Below, in pieces: positions 36,604-46,169 of a stretch of 64,000 bases of DNA. The notes beneath the pieces were generated by a model. The model ran no database searches, had not been told where the DNA came from, and worked only from the letters and a program-made list of their open reading frames with translations. The DNA comes from Tepidisphaeraceae bacterium (GTDB taxonomy: Bacteria; Planctomycetota; Phycisphaerae; Tepidisphaerales; Tepidisphaeraceae). Position 1 is the stretch's first letter; each line of letters starts with the position of its first letter. Where the stretch lies: NCBI GenBank assembly GCA_035936155.1, contig DASYWJ010000034.1:66586-130585 (forward strand). The letters run 5' to 3'. Both the position numbers and the translations under genes were made by a program.

Positions 36604-36717
36604 TTTCACGCGATATAGACGCGGATTCCCTTTATACTCGTCGCCGCCGGGGCCTTCCGTACAATTCACCGCGTACGATGGCCTTCACCTCACGCATGCA
36701 GCGTGGACGAGGTAGTG

Positions 36718-37563
36718 ATGACCGCCGCTTGGCTGCTCAGCTGGTGGAACCTGATCTTCATCGTGCCCTTCGGGCTCGCGATGGTGTATCTGGGTCTGTA
36801 CACCATGACCGGCCTGGGCGGCGACAACGACGCCGATGCCGATGCCGATGCGGATGCGGAGGCGCATGGCGATCTCGGCCATGATACCGATGCCGATGGG
36901 GATCATGGCGTGCACTCCGCGGAGATGCACCACGGTCATGCCGCAGCGCATGGCCATGAGCACGAGCAGGGACATGCCTCTGCCGCACAGCGCGAGCCGT
37001 CGATGCACGAGACGCTGCTGAACCTGGTGGGCGTCGGCCGGGCGCCGCTCGGAATTGTCCTGATGATTCTCCTGATGAGCTGGGGGTTCATCGGGTTCAG
37101 CATCAACCAGATCGTTCGTCCGATCGTGCCGGCGGACTGGATGGTGGCGCTGGCGTCGCTGCCACTGGCGGCATTTGGCAGCGTGGCCGTCACGGGGGGC
37201 ATCGCGCGGCTCGTCGCCCGGCTGCTCCCGACCACCACGACAACCGCTCATCGCCGCCGCGAGCTGTGCGGCTGCGTTGGTGAAGCGATGTACGAGATCA
37301 CCAGCAACTTCGGGATGGTCGCCGTCCGCGATCGCGACGGCAATCACTACCAGCTGCCCTGCCGCGTTTCCGCCGACCGCGGGCCCATCGCCAAGGGGGA
37401 GCCGGTGTTGCTCGTCCGCTACGACCCGGCGACGAAGATGTATGATGTCATCGCCGACGAACTCGGGCGCGCGGCGCGGGCCCTGAACCAGCCCGCGCCG
37501 GACGCGGCGGCGGTGGAGCGAACCATGGATTCAGCTCAGGAAAGGGACCGGGTGTCACAATGA
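36718..37563 (+). CDS. NfeD-like membrane protein (C-terminal OB-fold) with an Asp/His-rich insertion
   Basis: N-terminal TM helix, then DNDADADADADAEAHGDLGHDTDADGDHGVHSAEMHHGHAAAHGHEHEQGH, more TM helices and an OB-fold-like C-terminus (GMVAVRDRDGNHYQLPCR...GEPVLLVRYD). The stop overlaps the flotillin start as ATGA. An alternative GTG start is at 36703. Confidence 0.7.
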   Translation: MTAAWLLSWWNLIFIVPFGLAMVYLGLYTMTGLGGDNDADADADADAEAHGDLGHDTDADGDHGVHSAEMHHGHAAAHGHEHEQGHASAAQREPSMHETLLNLVGVGRAPLGIVLMILLMSWGFIGFSINQIVRPIVPADWMVALASLPLAAFGSVAVTGGIARLVARLLPTTTTTAHRRRELCGCVGEAMYEITSNFGMVAVRDRDGNHYQLPCRVSADRGPIAKGEPVLLVRYDPATKMYDVIADELGRAARALNQPAPDAAAVERTMDSAQERDRVSQ

Positions 37564-39494
37564 TCTTCGTGCTGTTCCTCATCGGTCTTGCGTTGGCCGT
37601 CGGACCGTACTTCCTTCCGCTCCTCGGGGTGGAGTTGGGGTTCGTGTCGCAGGTGCTGATCTCCGGCGCGGGGCTCGTCGTGCTCGCGCTGGTGGCGCTG
37701 ATCGCCGCCGTCAACCGGCTGTGGCGCAAGGCGTCGGCCAACATGGCGTTCGTACTCACCGGCGGAAAACAGGCGCGGGTGATCGTGGACGGCGGCGCGT
37801 TCGTCATCCCCGTAGTGCACCACGTGACGCCGGTTTCGCTGGAGACGATGCGCCTCAACGTCGAGCGCCGCGGCACCCACGCGCTGATCACCAAGGACAA
37901 CCTGCGCGTCGACCTCTCGGCCGAGTTCTACATCAAGGTGCAGGCCAACCAGGAGGACATCCTCCAGGCCGCTCGCTCGCTGGGCGGGCGCAGCGTCGAG
38001 CCGGGCGCAGTCAGCGAGCTGGTTCAGGAGAAGCTGGTGAGCGCCCTGCGCACCGTCGCGGCGACAAAGGACCTCGTCGAGCTGCACGCCAAGCGCGATG
38101 AGTTCGCCAGCGCCGTGCAGCAGATCGTCACCCACGACCTGGCCAGCAACGGCTTGACGCTGGAATCGGTCACGATCTCCGCCCTCGACCAGACCGATCC
38201 CACGCAGCTCCAGGAGCGCAACGTCTTCGACGCCCAGGGGCTGCGGAAAATCGCCGAGATCACCATGAAGGCGAAGGTGGAGCGCAACGAGATCGAGCAG
38301 GAGAGCTCGCGGATGGTCGTGCAGAAGAACGTCTCCACCCGCAAGCACGTGCTGGACCTGGAGCGCGAGCAGGCGGAGTTCGAGGCCGAGCAGCGCTCGA
38401 AAGTGGCCAATGTGCGAGCTCAGCGCGAGCGCGAGATCGCGGAGTTCAAGCTGGCGCAGGACGAGGCCATCAGCCGGCGCGACATCGAGAAGATGAAGCA
38501 GATCGAGACCGCCGAGGTCGAGCGGACGCTGGCGGTGGAGCAGGCGCAGGTGTCGAAGCAGGTGGCGCTGATCGCGACCATGAAGGAGCAGGAAACGGCG
38601 GAGATCCTCAAGAAGCAGGCGGTGGAAGTGGCCGAGCGGGCGAAGGAAGTGGCCATCGCGCAGAAGGAGCGCGAGCGCGCGGCAGCCCAGGCGCAGGCCC
38701 TGTCGGCCGAGGCGGAGCGCGAAAAGGCCAAGCAGCAGGTTACGACGGTCACGGTCACGAGCGAGGCCGATCGCGAGGCCGCGAAGAAGCTGATCGCTGC
38801 CCAGCAGCAGGTCAAGGAAAAGCAGATTCGCGACCAGACGGAGGCCGACGTGCTCGCGTACATGGCGGTGAAGCAGGCAGAAGCCGAACGCCAGGCTGCC
38901 GAGATGCAGTACGAAGCCCGGCTGCGCCTGGCCGAGGCCGACGCGGCGTCGCAATCGAAGAAGGCCGAGGGCGAACGCGCGATCAAGATGGTCGACGTGA
39001 ACGTCGAGCGCGAGCGCGTCAACGTCGAGCAGGCCCGCGTGGAAGTCGAGCGCGTCAGCCTGAGCAACAAGAGCGAGTTCGAGGAGGCCGCGCTGAAGTT
39101 CGAGCTGGACAAGCTCCGCATCGAGGCCGACAAGCAGGTACGCATCGCCGCCGCACAGGCGCTGGGCAACATGCTCTCCAAGGCCAACATGCAGATTTTC
39201 GGCGATCCAACGACGATGAGCCGCATGAGCGAGCAGTTCATGCGCGCCGCCAGCCTGGGCACCGCCGCGGATGGTTTGATGCGTTCGCTCCCGCCGGACG
39301 CGCAAAACATGCTCGAGCGCGTCGCATCGAGCGTGGGGGTGGCGCTGAAGCCCTCCGACGTGCCGCACGATGGCGCCAACGGCAACGGCGCCTCCGATCC
39401 ACCCGCAGCCTCGCCCGAGCGCAGCGACGACATCGAGCCGACGCCTGAAAGCAAGTCGGTGAAGCGCGTCTCGCGCGAGGACCGCTCAAACTGA
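37560..39494 (+). CDS. Flotillin / SPFH (band-7) family protein with long EA-rich coiled-coil
   Basis: N-terminal TM region, an SPFH domain (ITKDNLRVDLSAEFYIKV...) and about 300 aa of E/A/K/Q coiled-coil typical of flotillins (FloT/YqiK-like). Confidence 0.85.
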   Translation: MIFVLFLIGLALAVGPYFLPLLGVELGFVSQVLISGAGLVVLALVALIAAVNRLWRKASANMAFVLTGGKQARVIVDGGAFVIPVVHHVTPVSLETMRLNVERRGTHALITKDNLRVDLSAEFYIKVQANQEDILQAARSLGGRSVEPGAVSELVQEKLVSALRTVAATKDLVELHAKRDEFASAVQQIVTHDLASNGLTLESVTISALDQTDPTQLQERNVFDAQGLRKIAEITMKAKVERNEIEQESSRMVVQKNVSTRKHVLDLEREQAEFEAEQRSKVANVRAQREREIAEFKLAQDEAISRRDIEKMKQIETAEVERTLAVEQAQVSKQVALIATMKEQETAEILKKQAVEVAERAKEVAIAQKERERAAAQAQALSAEAEREKAKQQVTTVTVTSEADREAAKKLIAAQQQVKEKQIRDQTEADVLAYMAVKQAEAERQAAEMQYEARLRLAEADAASQSKKAEGERAIKMVDVNVERERVNVEQARVEVERVSLSNKSEFEEAALKFELDKLRIEADKQVRIAAAQALGNMLSKANMQIFGDPTTMSRMSEQFMRAASLGTAADGLMRSLPPDAQNMLERVASSVGVALKPSDVPHDGANGNGASDPPAASPERSDDIEPTPESKSVKRVSREDRSN

Positions 39495-39548
39495 CCGACC
39501 CTCTTGTCCCCTCCCCCTGTGCCCAGGGGGAGGGGGAAAGGCTAAGAC

Positions 39549-39974
39549 GTGTCCATCCGCGACGATCTGAACTACGGACTCGCCGCCTTTGGCATCCAGA
39601 TCCCGGAGCGCCTCGATCTCGATGCGAGGCTGACAAGGCTCACCGAGAAGCCGGCACAAAACACCGTCGCCCTCGTAACCGGCGCTGCGGTGCTTTTCTA
39701 CATCGCCGAGCGCGACCACAACCCGAAAGTCCGTGACCTCTACGATGCGCTCGTCTACTGCACGACCAACATCTCGGTCGGCTATTGCGACATCTTCGCG
39801 CAGACGCCTGTTGGAAAGCTGATCGGCAGCATGCTGATGACCATCGGCCCGTCGATGGCCGCGAAGACCCTCGATGGGCCAAAGCAACCCGAGGCCGACG
39901 AAACGCAGCGGCAAATCCTCGCCACCCTGCAGGAGATCGCCGCAAAGCTCGACGCGCCTGCCGTGGGCGAATAG
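39549..39974 (+). CDS. Minimal two-TM potassium-channel-like pore protein (KcsA-like fold) with atypical SVGYCD filter
   Basis: AERDHNPKVRDLYDALVYCTTNISVGYCDIFAQTPVGKLIGSMLMTIG aligns position-by-position with the KcsA segment AERGAPGAQLITYPRALWWSVETATTVGYGDLYPVTLWGRCVAVVVMVAG. The sequence reads as TM1 - pore helix - filter - TM2. Confidence 0.6.
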   Translation: MSIRDDLNYGLAAFGIQIPERLDLDARLTRLTEKPAQNTVALVTGAAVLFYIAERDHNPKVRDLYDALVYCTTNISVGYCDIFAQTPVGKLIGSMLMTIGPSMAAKTLDGPKQPEADETQRQILATLQEIAAKLDAPAVGE

Positions 39975-40002
39975 TCGCTCGCCGAGCGTCAATCAACGTG
40001 AT

Positions 40003-40953
40003 ATGACCGACGACACGCGCCCCGATCGCACGCCGCTGGTTCCCCCCGGGGGCATCGACCATCATTCTGCCGACATGACCGCGACGTTCGCCGCCGACGT
40101 CACACTCAAACAAGCGCAGGCGGCGCTGGGCCAGCGCGAGCACTGGCTTCCGATCGACGGCGACGAAGACCTGCCGCTCGGTCAGCTGATCGAGCAAAAC
40201 TCGACGGGGCCGCTGCGGCTGGGTTACGGCGCGTGGCGCGACCTGCTGCTGGGGGTGCAGTTTCAGGACGGCCACGGCAAGCTCATTACCGCCGGCGGTG
40301 CGACGGTAAAGAACGTCGCCGGCTACGACCTGACGAAATTCATGGTCGGTCAGCGCGGCGTTTTCGGACAAATCGTGACGCTGACGACGCGGACATACCG
40401 CCGCCCTGCCGTGGCCCTGCTCGCCCGCTTCCCCGCGCGGCAATCGATCATCAACGCCCTGCTCCCGACCGACCATCGCCCGCAGTGGGCGCTGCTCACC
40501 AGGGAGGCGCTGAACTGCGGATACCTCGGTGACGAGCAGTTCGGCGCGTTTCAGGAATCGGGACTGCGGCAGGCCGGCGCGCTGCACGTCGCCCGCCGCA
40601 CGCTTCGCGATGACATCGAGCACCGCGCCGGGCTGTGGTGCTGCTACAACGATCTGGCCCTTCGGACATCGGTTCCCCCGGCGCGCATTGCGGAGTTCGT
40701 ATCGCTCGCGAAGCTCAGCGCCTGGGTCGCCGACGCCGCGTTCGGAATCGTGATCTCCTCGCCCACGTCGGAAACCAGCATCGAAGCGGTGAATCGCGCG
40801 GCGATAAGAGTCGGCGGGACGCTGACGATCACGTACCCACGTCAATCCCGCTTCGAGGTGTCGACAACCGACACCGAACGGGGAATGATTGAACGTCTGA
40901 AGGACGCGTTCGACCCGGAGAACCGTCTGACCCCTTTGCCCTGGCGGAGTTGA
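40003..40953 (+). CDS. glcE: FAD-binding oxidoreductase, glycolate oxidase subunit GlcE-like
   Basis: ATVKNVAGYDLTKFMVGQRGVFGQIVTLTTRTYRRP matches the E. coli GlcE segment. The C-terminal LKDAFDPENRLTP matches LKQQLDPCGVFNP. Confidence 0.75.
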   Translation: MTDDTRPDRTPLVPPGGIDHHSADMTATFAADVTLKQAQAALGQREHWLPIDGDEDLPLGQLIEQNSTGPLRLGYGAWRDLLLGVQFQDGHGKLITAGGATVKNVAGYDLTKFMVGQRGVFGQIVTLTTRTYRRPAVALLARFPARQSIINALLPTDHRPQWALLTREALNCGYLGDEQFGAFQESGLRQAGALHVARRTLRDDIEHRAGLWCCYNDLALRTSVPPARIAEFVSLAKLSAWVADAAFGIVISSPTSETSIEAVNRAAIRVGGTLTITYPRQSRFEVSTTDTERGMIERLKDAFDPENRLTPLPWRS

Positions 40954-42383
40954 AATTTTTCGTGAGTAGCAGCGCCCCATCGCTCTCCGGATTAGAACCC
41001 GCGCTCGCGCTCGATCCGCGCACCTACCAGCGCGCGCTCTCGTGCGTGCACTGCGGCCTCTGTCTCCCCGCCTGCCCCACGTACACGGAAACCGGCCACG
41101 AAGCCGACAGCCCGCGCGGCCGCATCCAACTGATGCGCGGGCTTGCCGACGGGCGCATCGAAGCCACGCCGACCGTTAAACACCACCTGGACCTGTGCCT
41201 CGACTGCCGTGCCTGTGAGACCGCCTGCCCCAGCGGCGTCGTGTATCACGAATTGATCGAGGAGACGCGGGCGCGATTTGCTGAGGAGGAGCGGCTCACG
41301 CTGCAGGGGCGGTTGATGCGGTGGATCTTCTTCAACGTTTTCGTCCATCCGACGCGGCTGAAGCTCGCGCTCTTGCCGGCACGCGTGATGCAGAAGATCG
41401 GCGTGTATGGTTTCCTGCGAAAGGTCGGCCTGTTCAAGCTCCTGCCGTCGCAGCTCCGCAAGATGGAGCAGATGCTCCCCGGCGAAGGCAAGCTCTGGCC
41501 GAGGGCCTTGCCGGAGCGCACGCATAGCGCGGGACCCGCTTGCGGCGCCGCGCACCAACGCGTGTCGATCCGCGACGCCGCAAGCGCCCCCCATGCCACT
41601 GAGATCAAGACCGTCGGCTTCTTCGCCGGCTGCATCGGCAGCGTGATGTTCGAGAAAGTGAACCGCCAGGCGGTCGAGCTGCTCGTGGCGTCCGACGTCG
41701 ACGTGCTCGCCCCGCATGATCAGACCTGCTGCGGCGCAATCCACCACCACAACGGCGCCCACCGCCCCGCCGAGGAGATGGCCCGGCGCAACATCGACAC
41801 CTTCCTCCCCGAAGGAAGGCCGGGAGTGGACGCCATCGCCACGAATATCGCCGGCTGCGGCGCGATGCTGCGCGAGTATGACTTGCTCCTACGCGATGAT
41901 CCCGCCTACGCCGAGCGCGCGAAGGAATTCACGCGCCGTGTCCGCGACATCAGCGAAGTCCTCGTCGACGTGAAGCTGCCGGAGATGAAGCACGCTATTA
42001 ACGCGACCGTCACGTACCACGACGCCTGTCATCTCGCGCACGCACAGAAGGTCGTGACGCAACCGCGCGCGCTGCTCGCCAGGGTGCCGGGATTAAAACT
42101 CGTCCCGCTTCCCGAGAGCGACATGTGCTGCGGCGCCGCAGGCACGTACAACCTCCAGCACCCGCAGATGGCGAGCCAGCTCGCCGAGCGCAAGCTGAAC
42201 AACATCGCCACCACCGGCGCGAGCGTCTGCGTCACCGGCAACGTCGGCTGCGCAATGCAGATCCAGAGCGAAGGGCACGCCCGCGGGCGACACCTTAAGG
42301 TCCTCCATCCCGTCGAACTCCTTCACGCCGCGGCATTCGGCTCTTCGGATTGCGGCAGGAACACCTTTCTGGGCTCATCCTGA
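40950..42383 (+). CDS. glcF: Glycolate oxidase iron-sulfur subunit GlcF-like (2x4Fe-4S plus two CCG domains)
   Basis: CVHCGLCLPACPTY, DSPRGRI, CLDCRACETACPSGV, HDACHLAHAQK and MCCGAAGTYNL. The TTG or GTG start overlaps the glcE stop. Confidence 0.85.
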   Translation: MKFFVSSSAPSLSGLEPALALDPRTYQRALSCVHCGLCLPACPTYTETGHEADSPRGRIQLMRGLADGRIEATPTVKHHLDLCLDCRACETACPSGVVYHELIEETRARFAEEERLTLQGRLMRWIFFNVFVHPTRLKLALLPARVMQKIGVYGFLRKVGLFKLLPSQLRKMEQMLPGEGKLWPRALPERTHSAGPACGAAHQRVSIRDAASAPHATEIKTVGFFAGCIGSVMFEKVNRQAVELLVASDVDVLAPHDQTCCGAIHHHNGAHRPAEEMARRNIDTFLPEGRPGVDAIATNIAGCGAMLREYDLLLRDDPAYAERAKEFTRRVRDISEVLVDVKLPEMKHAINATVTYHDACHLAHAQKVVTQPRALLARVPGLKLVPLPESDMCCGAAGTYNLQHPQMASQLAERKLNNIATTGASVCVTGNVGCAMQIQSEGHARGRHLKVLHPVELLHAAAFGSSDCGRNTFLGSS

Positions 42384-42396
42384 ATCTCAGGGATGA
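42375..42396 (+). terminator. Short hairpin overlapping the glcF stop (TCATCCTGA-atc-TCAGGGATGA); possible bidirectional terminator between convergent genes
   Basis: Read from the sequence. The arms resemble the CATCCTGAGG core of the REP-like element. Confidence 0.4.
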
Positions 42397-42406
42397 CTTC
42401 CAGGCG

Positions 42407-44715
42407 CTACTTTGCTCGACGGAATCTAACCGACCCGCTCGAGAGGTCCGATGATTCCACCTTCAACCGCTCGCCGACTGCGATCCAGCCATCGACGGCG
42501 GCTCGTTCCACCGCAAACGGGAACCGCACCTCCACGCTCGTATTCGCAACCAGCACCCACTCGCCCCGGTCTTCCATGAGCGAAGCGGCGACGTCCAGGT
42601 GAACGGTGTCGCCCACCTGCACGTCGTATATGACAAACTCCTCGCCTACCGCCGGCTTTATGCCTGCCACCTTCAGGTCCTTGAAGTCCGTCTGCGCGGC
42701 GATCGTGCCGGTCTGGTCGCCGGCGACAATGCGCTTGCCATCGAGGAAGCGGGTCGATCGCCCGTACTCAAACCCGAACACAAGCGGCGCGGTCGATGTG
42801 AAGGTGTTGTCTTCCTTCATTGCCTCCGCGCGGCCGCGGCCGAGGGTCAGGGCCGCGTCCCGAACCGTCACGTCGCCGTTCGTGCCGATGTTCGCAATGC
42901 GGTACAGCGAGCCGTGCGAATAGGCGGGGTTACTGATACGGACGGCGGAGCCGATGGCGGACAGGGGCAGCGTCGGCGTCACTTGAAAAGCTCCGGCGTC
43001 ATCGTCGATGGCACCAATCCTGCTCGTGTGCTGGTTGGACGCGAATTCGAGCACAAAGCCGTCCACCGCCAGTTTCGTCCCGCCATGGAGCATGAGAGCG
43101 GCGACATCGCCGCTGCGGCGGCGGACCACGGCAACGCCGGCATCGAGACCGGGGAGGTTCGTCGGATCGATGGGCGCGCCGCGGGCGTCAAGGATCAGGT
43201 CCTCGCGGTTGTCCGCGCGCGCCTTGATGGCGGCAATCCGCTTGCCCTGCCACACCGGTTCGGCCGTCACCGCGGGAGCATCGGCCGCGAACGGCTCGAG
43301 CACCGCCGCGTAGCGCGAGCGGATCGGCTCCTTCGATTGCGGCTCACCGTGTCGCGCAATGATGAAATTCATCCGCTCCGTTCCCGTCAGGGTGGGTCCA
43401 AGCGCCGCGATCACCTGCTGCGGGAGTTGGGGGAGCATTGTCAGTCGCAGCCCGAACCGATCACCCCTCTCATGCCACCGCCAAGTCGCCGACCACGGGT
43501 CGCCCCCGGTGGCACTTTTCACATCGTGGAGAAAGGCGTAGCCGTTACCCGGCGGCGGATACCACCCACGCTCGTCGGTCACTTCATCTTGTACGCCCGG
43601 CATTGCTGCGATCATGCCGTTGACGGTCAGCCGCTCGCCCCAGGAGTGACCTTTCTTGTTGAACGACGCGCCGCGCCACTTCGGGTCGAGGGCGGCGAGC
43701 GTCCAGACGCCGTCCTGCGGCTGCGGCTCGACGCCATCCATAGTGAACGTGCCGTGCTCGCCGGGCGGGTTCGCGTGCATCGAGTAGTCGTGGAGGCGGC
43801 CGCCGTCGATGTCGAACAGGTCGACGAAGTACGACTGCGTCGGCCAGAGGTCGATTTGCACGATCATGCGCCGCAAATCGCGGACGCCGTCGGCCGGGGG
43901 GTGCATGCCGTTCATCGACGCTTCGGCCAGTGCGACGCCGGGGAACTCGTGAAACCGCTCGACCGTTCCGCCGGGGCCGATGCGAAACAGGCGATCGGGA
44001 TTCGTCTCGTCCTGATTGATCACGACGGTGTTGTGCGCGATCCCGCGGCCTGCCCAGCCGAGGTGAACGTGGTTGCCGAAGATGCCGTAGCCGATGTCGC
44101 CAGAGAGCGCCCGGCGGTTGGCGAAAAGCAGGAGGCCGAGCAGATCGTCATGCCCGTGCGGCATGGTCGGCCCAACGCGCATCACCGCGCCACGGCGGTG
44201 CTCGTCTTCACCGTCGGTCGACAACGAACGCGTTCCACGTCCCGCGGAGCCAGAACCGCCGCCCGTTGACCACGACGCCGTCGCCCGTGTCGTGGTAAGG
44301 CGCCTCGGGGTCGTTGAGGTCGAACTTCGTCTGGCAGTGTGGGCAGACCAGCACGAGCGGCCGATCGAGGTCCGCCACCGCGTTGCCGAAGCGGCCCCAC
44401 GACTTGCCGCAATCGGTATTCGGGCACCCCGCCGAGCCGTACGAAAACGTCGCCCCGGGTTTCGGCAGGACGTTGCGGATCCATTCATCCGATCGCGCAA
44501 GCCATTCGTCCGCGATGTTCAGGGCGCGCTCGCGATACGCCTTCGCCCACGGTTCCGTCGACGCCCGCTCCCGCGCGCGGAGGGATGTCGGCCTGCTCGA
44601 CGAACAGCCCGATCAGCGGCGTCGGCGCCGGCGGCGCATCGGCGGCGCGTGTCACGGCGGACGACAGCAACAACACGATCAGGAGGGAAACGATGAGCAG
44701 GCAACGGCACGACAT
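42407..44715 (-). pseudogene. Heparinase II/III-like (polysaccharide lyase-like) gene split across three reading frames
   Basis: The signal peptide ORF (MSCRCLLIVSLLIVLLLSSAVTRAADA, 44715..44485) is in frame X. A natural-looking segment (WAKAYRERALNIADEW...CPNTDCGKSWGRF...VVVNGRRFWLRGTWNAFVVDRR*) is in frame Y. The body from about 44240 (GEDEHRRGAVMRVGPTMPHGHDDLLGLLLFANRRALSGDIGYG...HNTVVINQDE) is in frame Z, carrying the HxHxD / NTVV heparinase-II/III C-domain signatures. Confidence 0.5.
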
Positions 44716-44718
44716 CGA

Positions 44719-46059
44719 TCAGATGACCTCGACCTTCAGCGCCTGGTTGACGTCCGCGGTGAACCGGCGGCAGGCTTCGGCTACGGGAATCCTGCCGAGC
44801 CATGCGTCATCGAAATGATCTGCGGCCTGGCCGAACTCGGCGAACTGGGCAGGATATGGCGCGATGCGGCCATACCCGATTGCATCGAGGAAGTAGTGGT
44901 CATGTTTGGGGGTCGCGGGATTGGTCGGATTGAGCACCTCGGCCTCGGCGCTTTTGCGGTGGACGGGCAGCGCATTTCCGCCGGCGAGATTGATCGCGGC
45001 GCCCGCGGGGCCGGCGATGTACTTCAGGAACTGCCAGCACTCCTCCGGATGCTTCGTCGACTTCAAGATGCAGTTGCCGCCCCAGATGAATGTCGTCGCC
45101 AGTTCTTTGCCGCGCGGCATGGGCGCGCAGTCCCAGCGAAATGGCAGCCCCTTGCGGTTCACGCTGGCCATGAACTTCTTGTAGACGTAGCGGCTCTCAG
45201 CGATCAGCCCGAGGCGGCGCGTTGCGAACAGGTCCTGTCCATTCTGGCCGAGGTTCTCGCCGGGGATCGGGGAGACGTGGTGCTTCAGGGACAGGTCAGC
45301 GAAGAACTGCATTCCTCCAATCGACGCCGGCGTATCCATCAGGCAGCGGGACATGTTCGGCGTAAAGATGTCGCCGCCGTTCATCCAGACCCACGCAGGC
45401 CATCGATTGTACGCGGGGCGGAACTGCTCGCCTCCCGTGCCGGTGAAGTTCATCAGCGCGAAGTAATCGATGTCGCCGTCCTGGTCCGTGTCGCGTGTGA
45501 GCCGATGGCAGGTCTCGAGGAACTCGTCCCACGTCCAGCCCTCGCGCGGGTAGGGGATTTTGTAGTCGTCGAAGCGGTCCTGGTTGTAGAGCATCACGAT
45601 CGGCGAGAGGTCGCTGGGCAGGCCCAGGAGCGCGCGATTGTAGCGCATGCCGTTGACGACGGGCGCGTAGAGCTCGCTGAGAAACTCGCCGCCGTCGGCG
45701 CGGAGGAATGGATCGAGCGAAAGGCACACATCCTTTGTCGCATAGAGCGGGAAATTCGCCTGCGTAACGTGAAAAACGTCTGGCGGGATTCCCCCCGCGA
45801 TCATCGTCAGGAGTTTGGTCTCGTACCCCGCGTCACCGAGGCTCGTGATCTGGCGGATGCGGATGTTCGGGTGGGTTGCTTCGAAGCCGGCGATCAGCTT
45901 CTTGTAGAGGGCGAGGAATTCGGGGGTCGCGTAGTTGAGGAAGGTGAGGGTGATTTTGCCGGGTTCGTCGGCGGGCGTGGCGTCGCAGCCGATGGCGGCG
46001 GCGGAGATCGTCGCGGCGGCGCCTTGGAGGAAGGTTCGACGGGTGAGAGCAGCGCGCAT
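44719..46059 (-). CDS. ABC-transporter extracellular solute-binding protein (family 1, sugar-type) with Tat/lipoprotein signal
   Basis: MRAALTRRTFLQGAAATISAAAIGC, then an SBP-like fold. No permease or ATPase genes are adjacent. Confidence 0.7.
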   Translation of the reverse strand: MRAALTRRTFLQGAAATISAAAIGCDATPADEPGKITLTFLNYATPEFLALYKKLIAGFEATHPNIRIRQITSLGDAGYETKLLTMIAGGIPPDVFHVTQANFPLYATKDVCLSLDPFLRADGGEFLSELYAPVVNGMRYNRALLGLPSDLSPIVMLYNQDRFDDYKIPYPREGWTWDEFLETCHRLTRDTDQDGDIDYFALMNFTGTGGEQFRPAYNRWPAWVWMNGGDIFTPNMSRCLMDTPASIGGMQFFADLSLKHHVSPIPGENLGQNGQDLFATRRLGLIAESRYVYKKFMASVNRKGLPFRWDCAPMPRGKELATTFIWGGNCILKSTKHPEECWQFLKYIAGPAGAAINLAGGNALPVHRKSAEAEVLNPTNPATPKHDHYFLDAIGYGRIAPYPAQFAEFGQAADHFDDAWLGRIPVAEACRRFTADVNQALKVEVI

Positions 46060-46169
46060 CGTCGTTTGAACCTGGCACGATGAGGCGATGCGGGGGTGAC
46101 TGGTTGGGGACACAACCACTCCGACTCCGTCACGCCCTGATGTTGTCACCCCAGCACCACGAAGCTTCG

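Noticed and set aside
42407-42730. First about 105 codons of tracked ORF 42407..44500 (MRDRMNGSATSCRNPGRRF...)
   Set aside because: This segment is a frame-mate of a better-looking sequence in another frame and reads as junk. The real gene body starts around MRVGPTMPHGHDD. It is treated as part of a frameshifted gene and not as an N-terminal domain.
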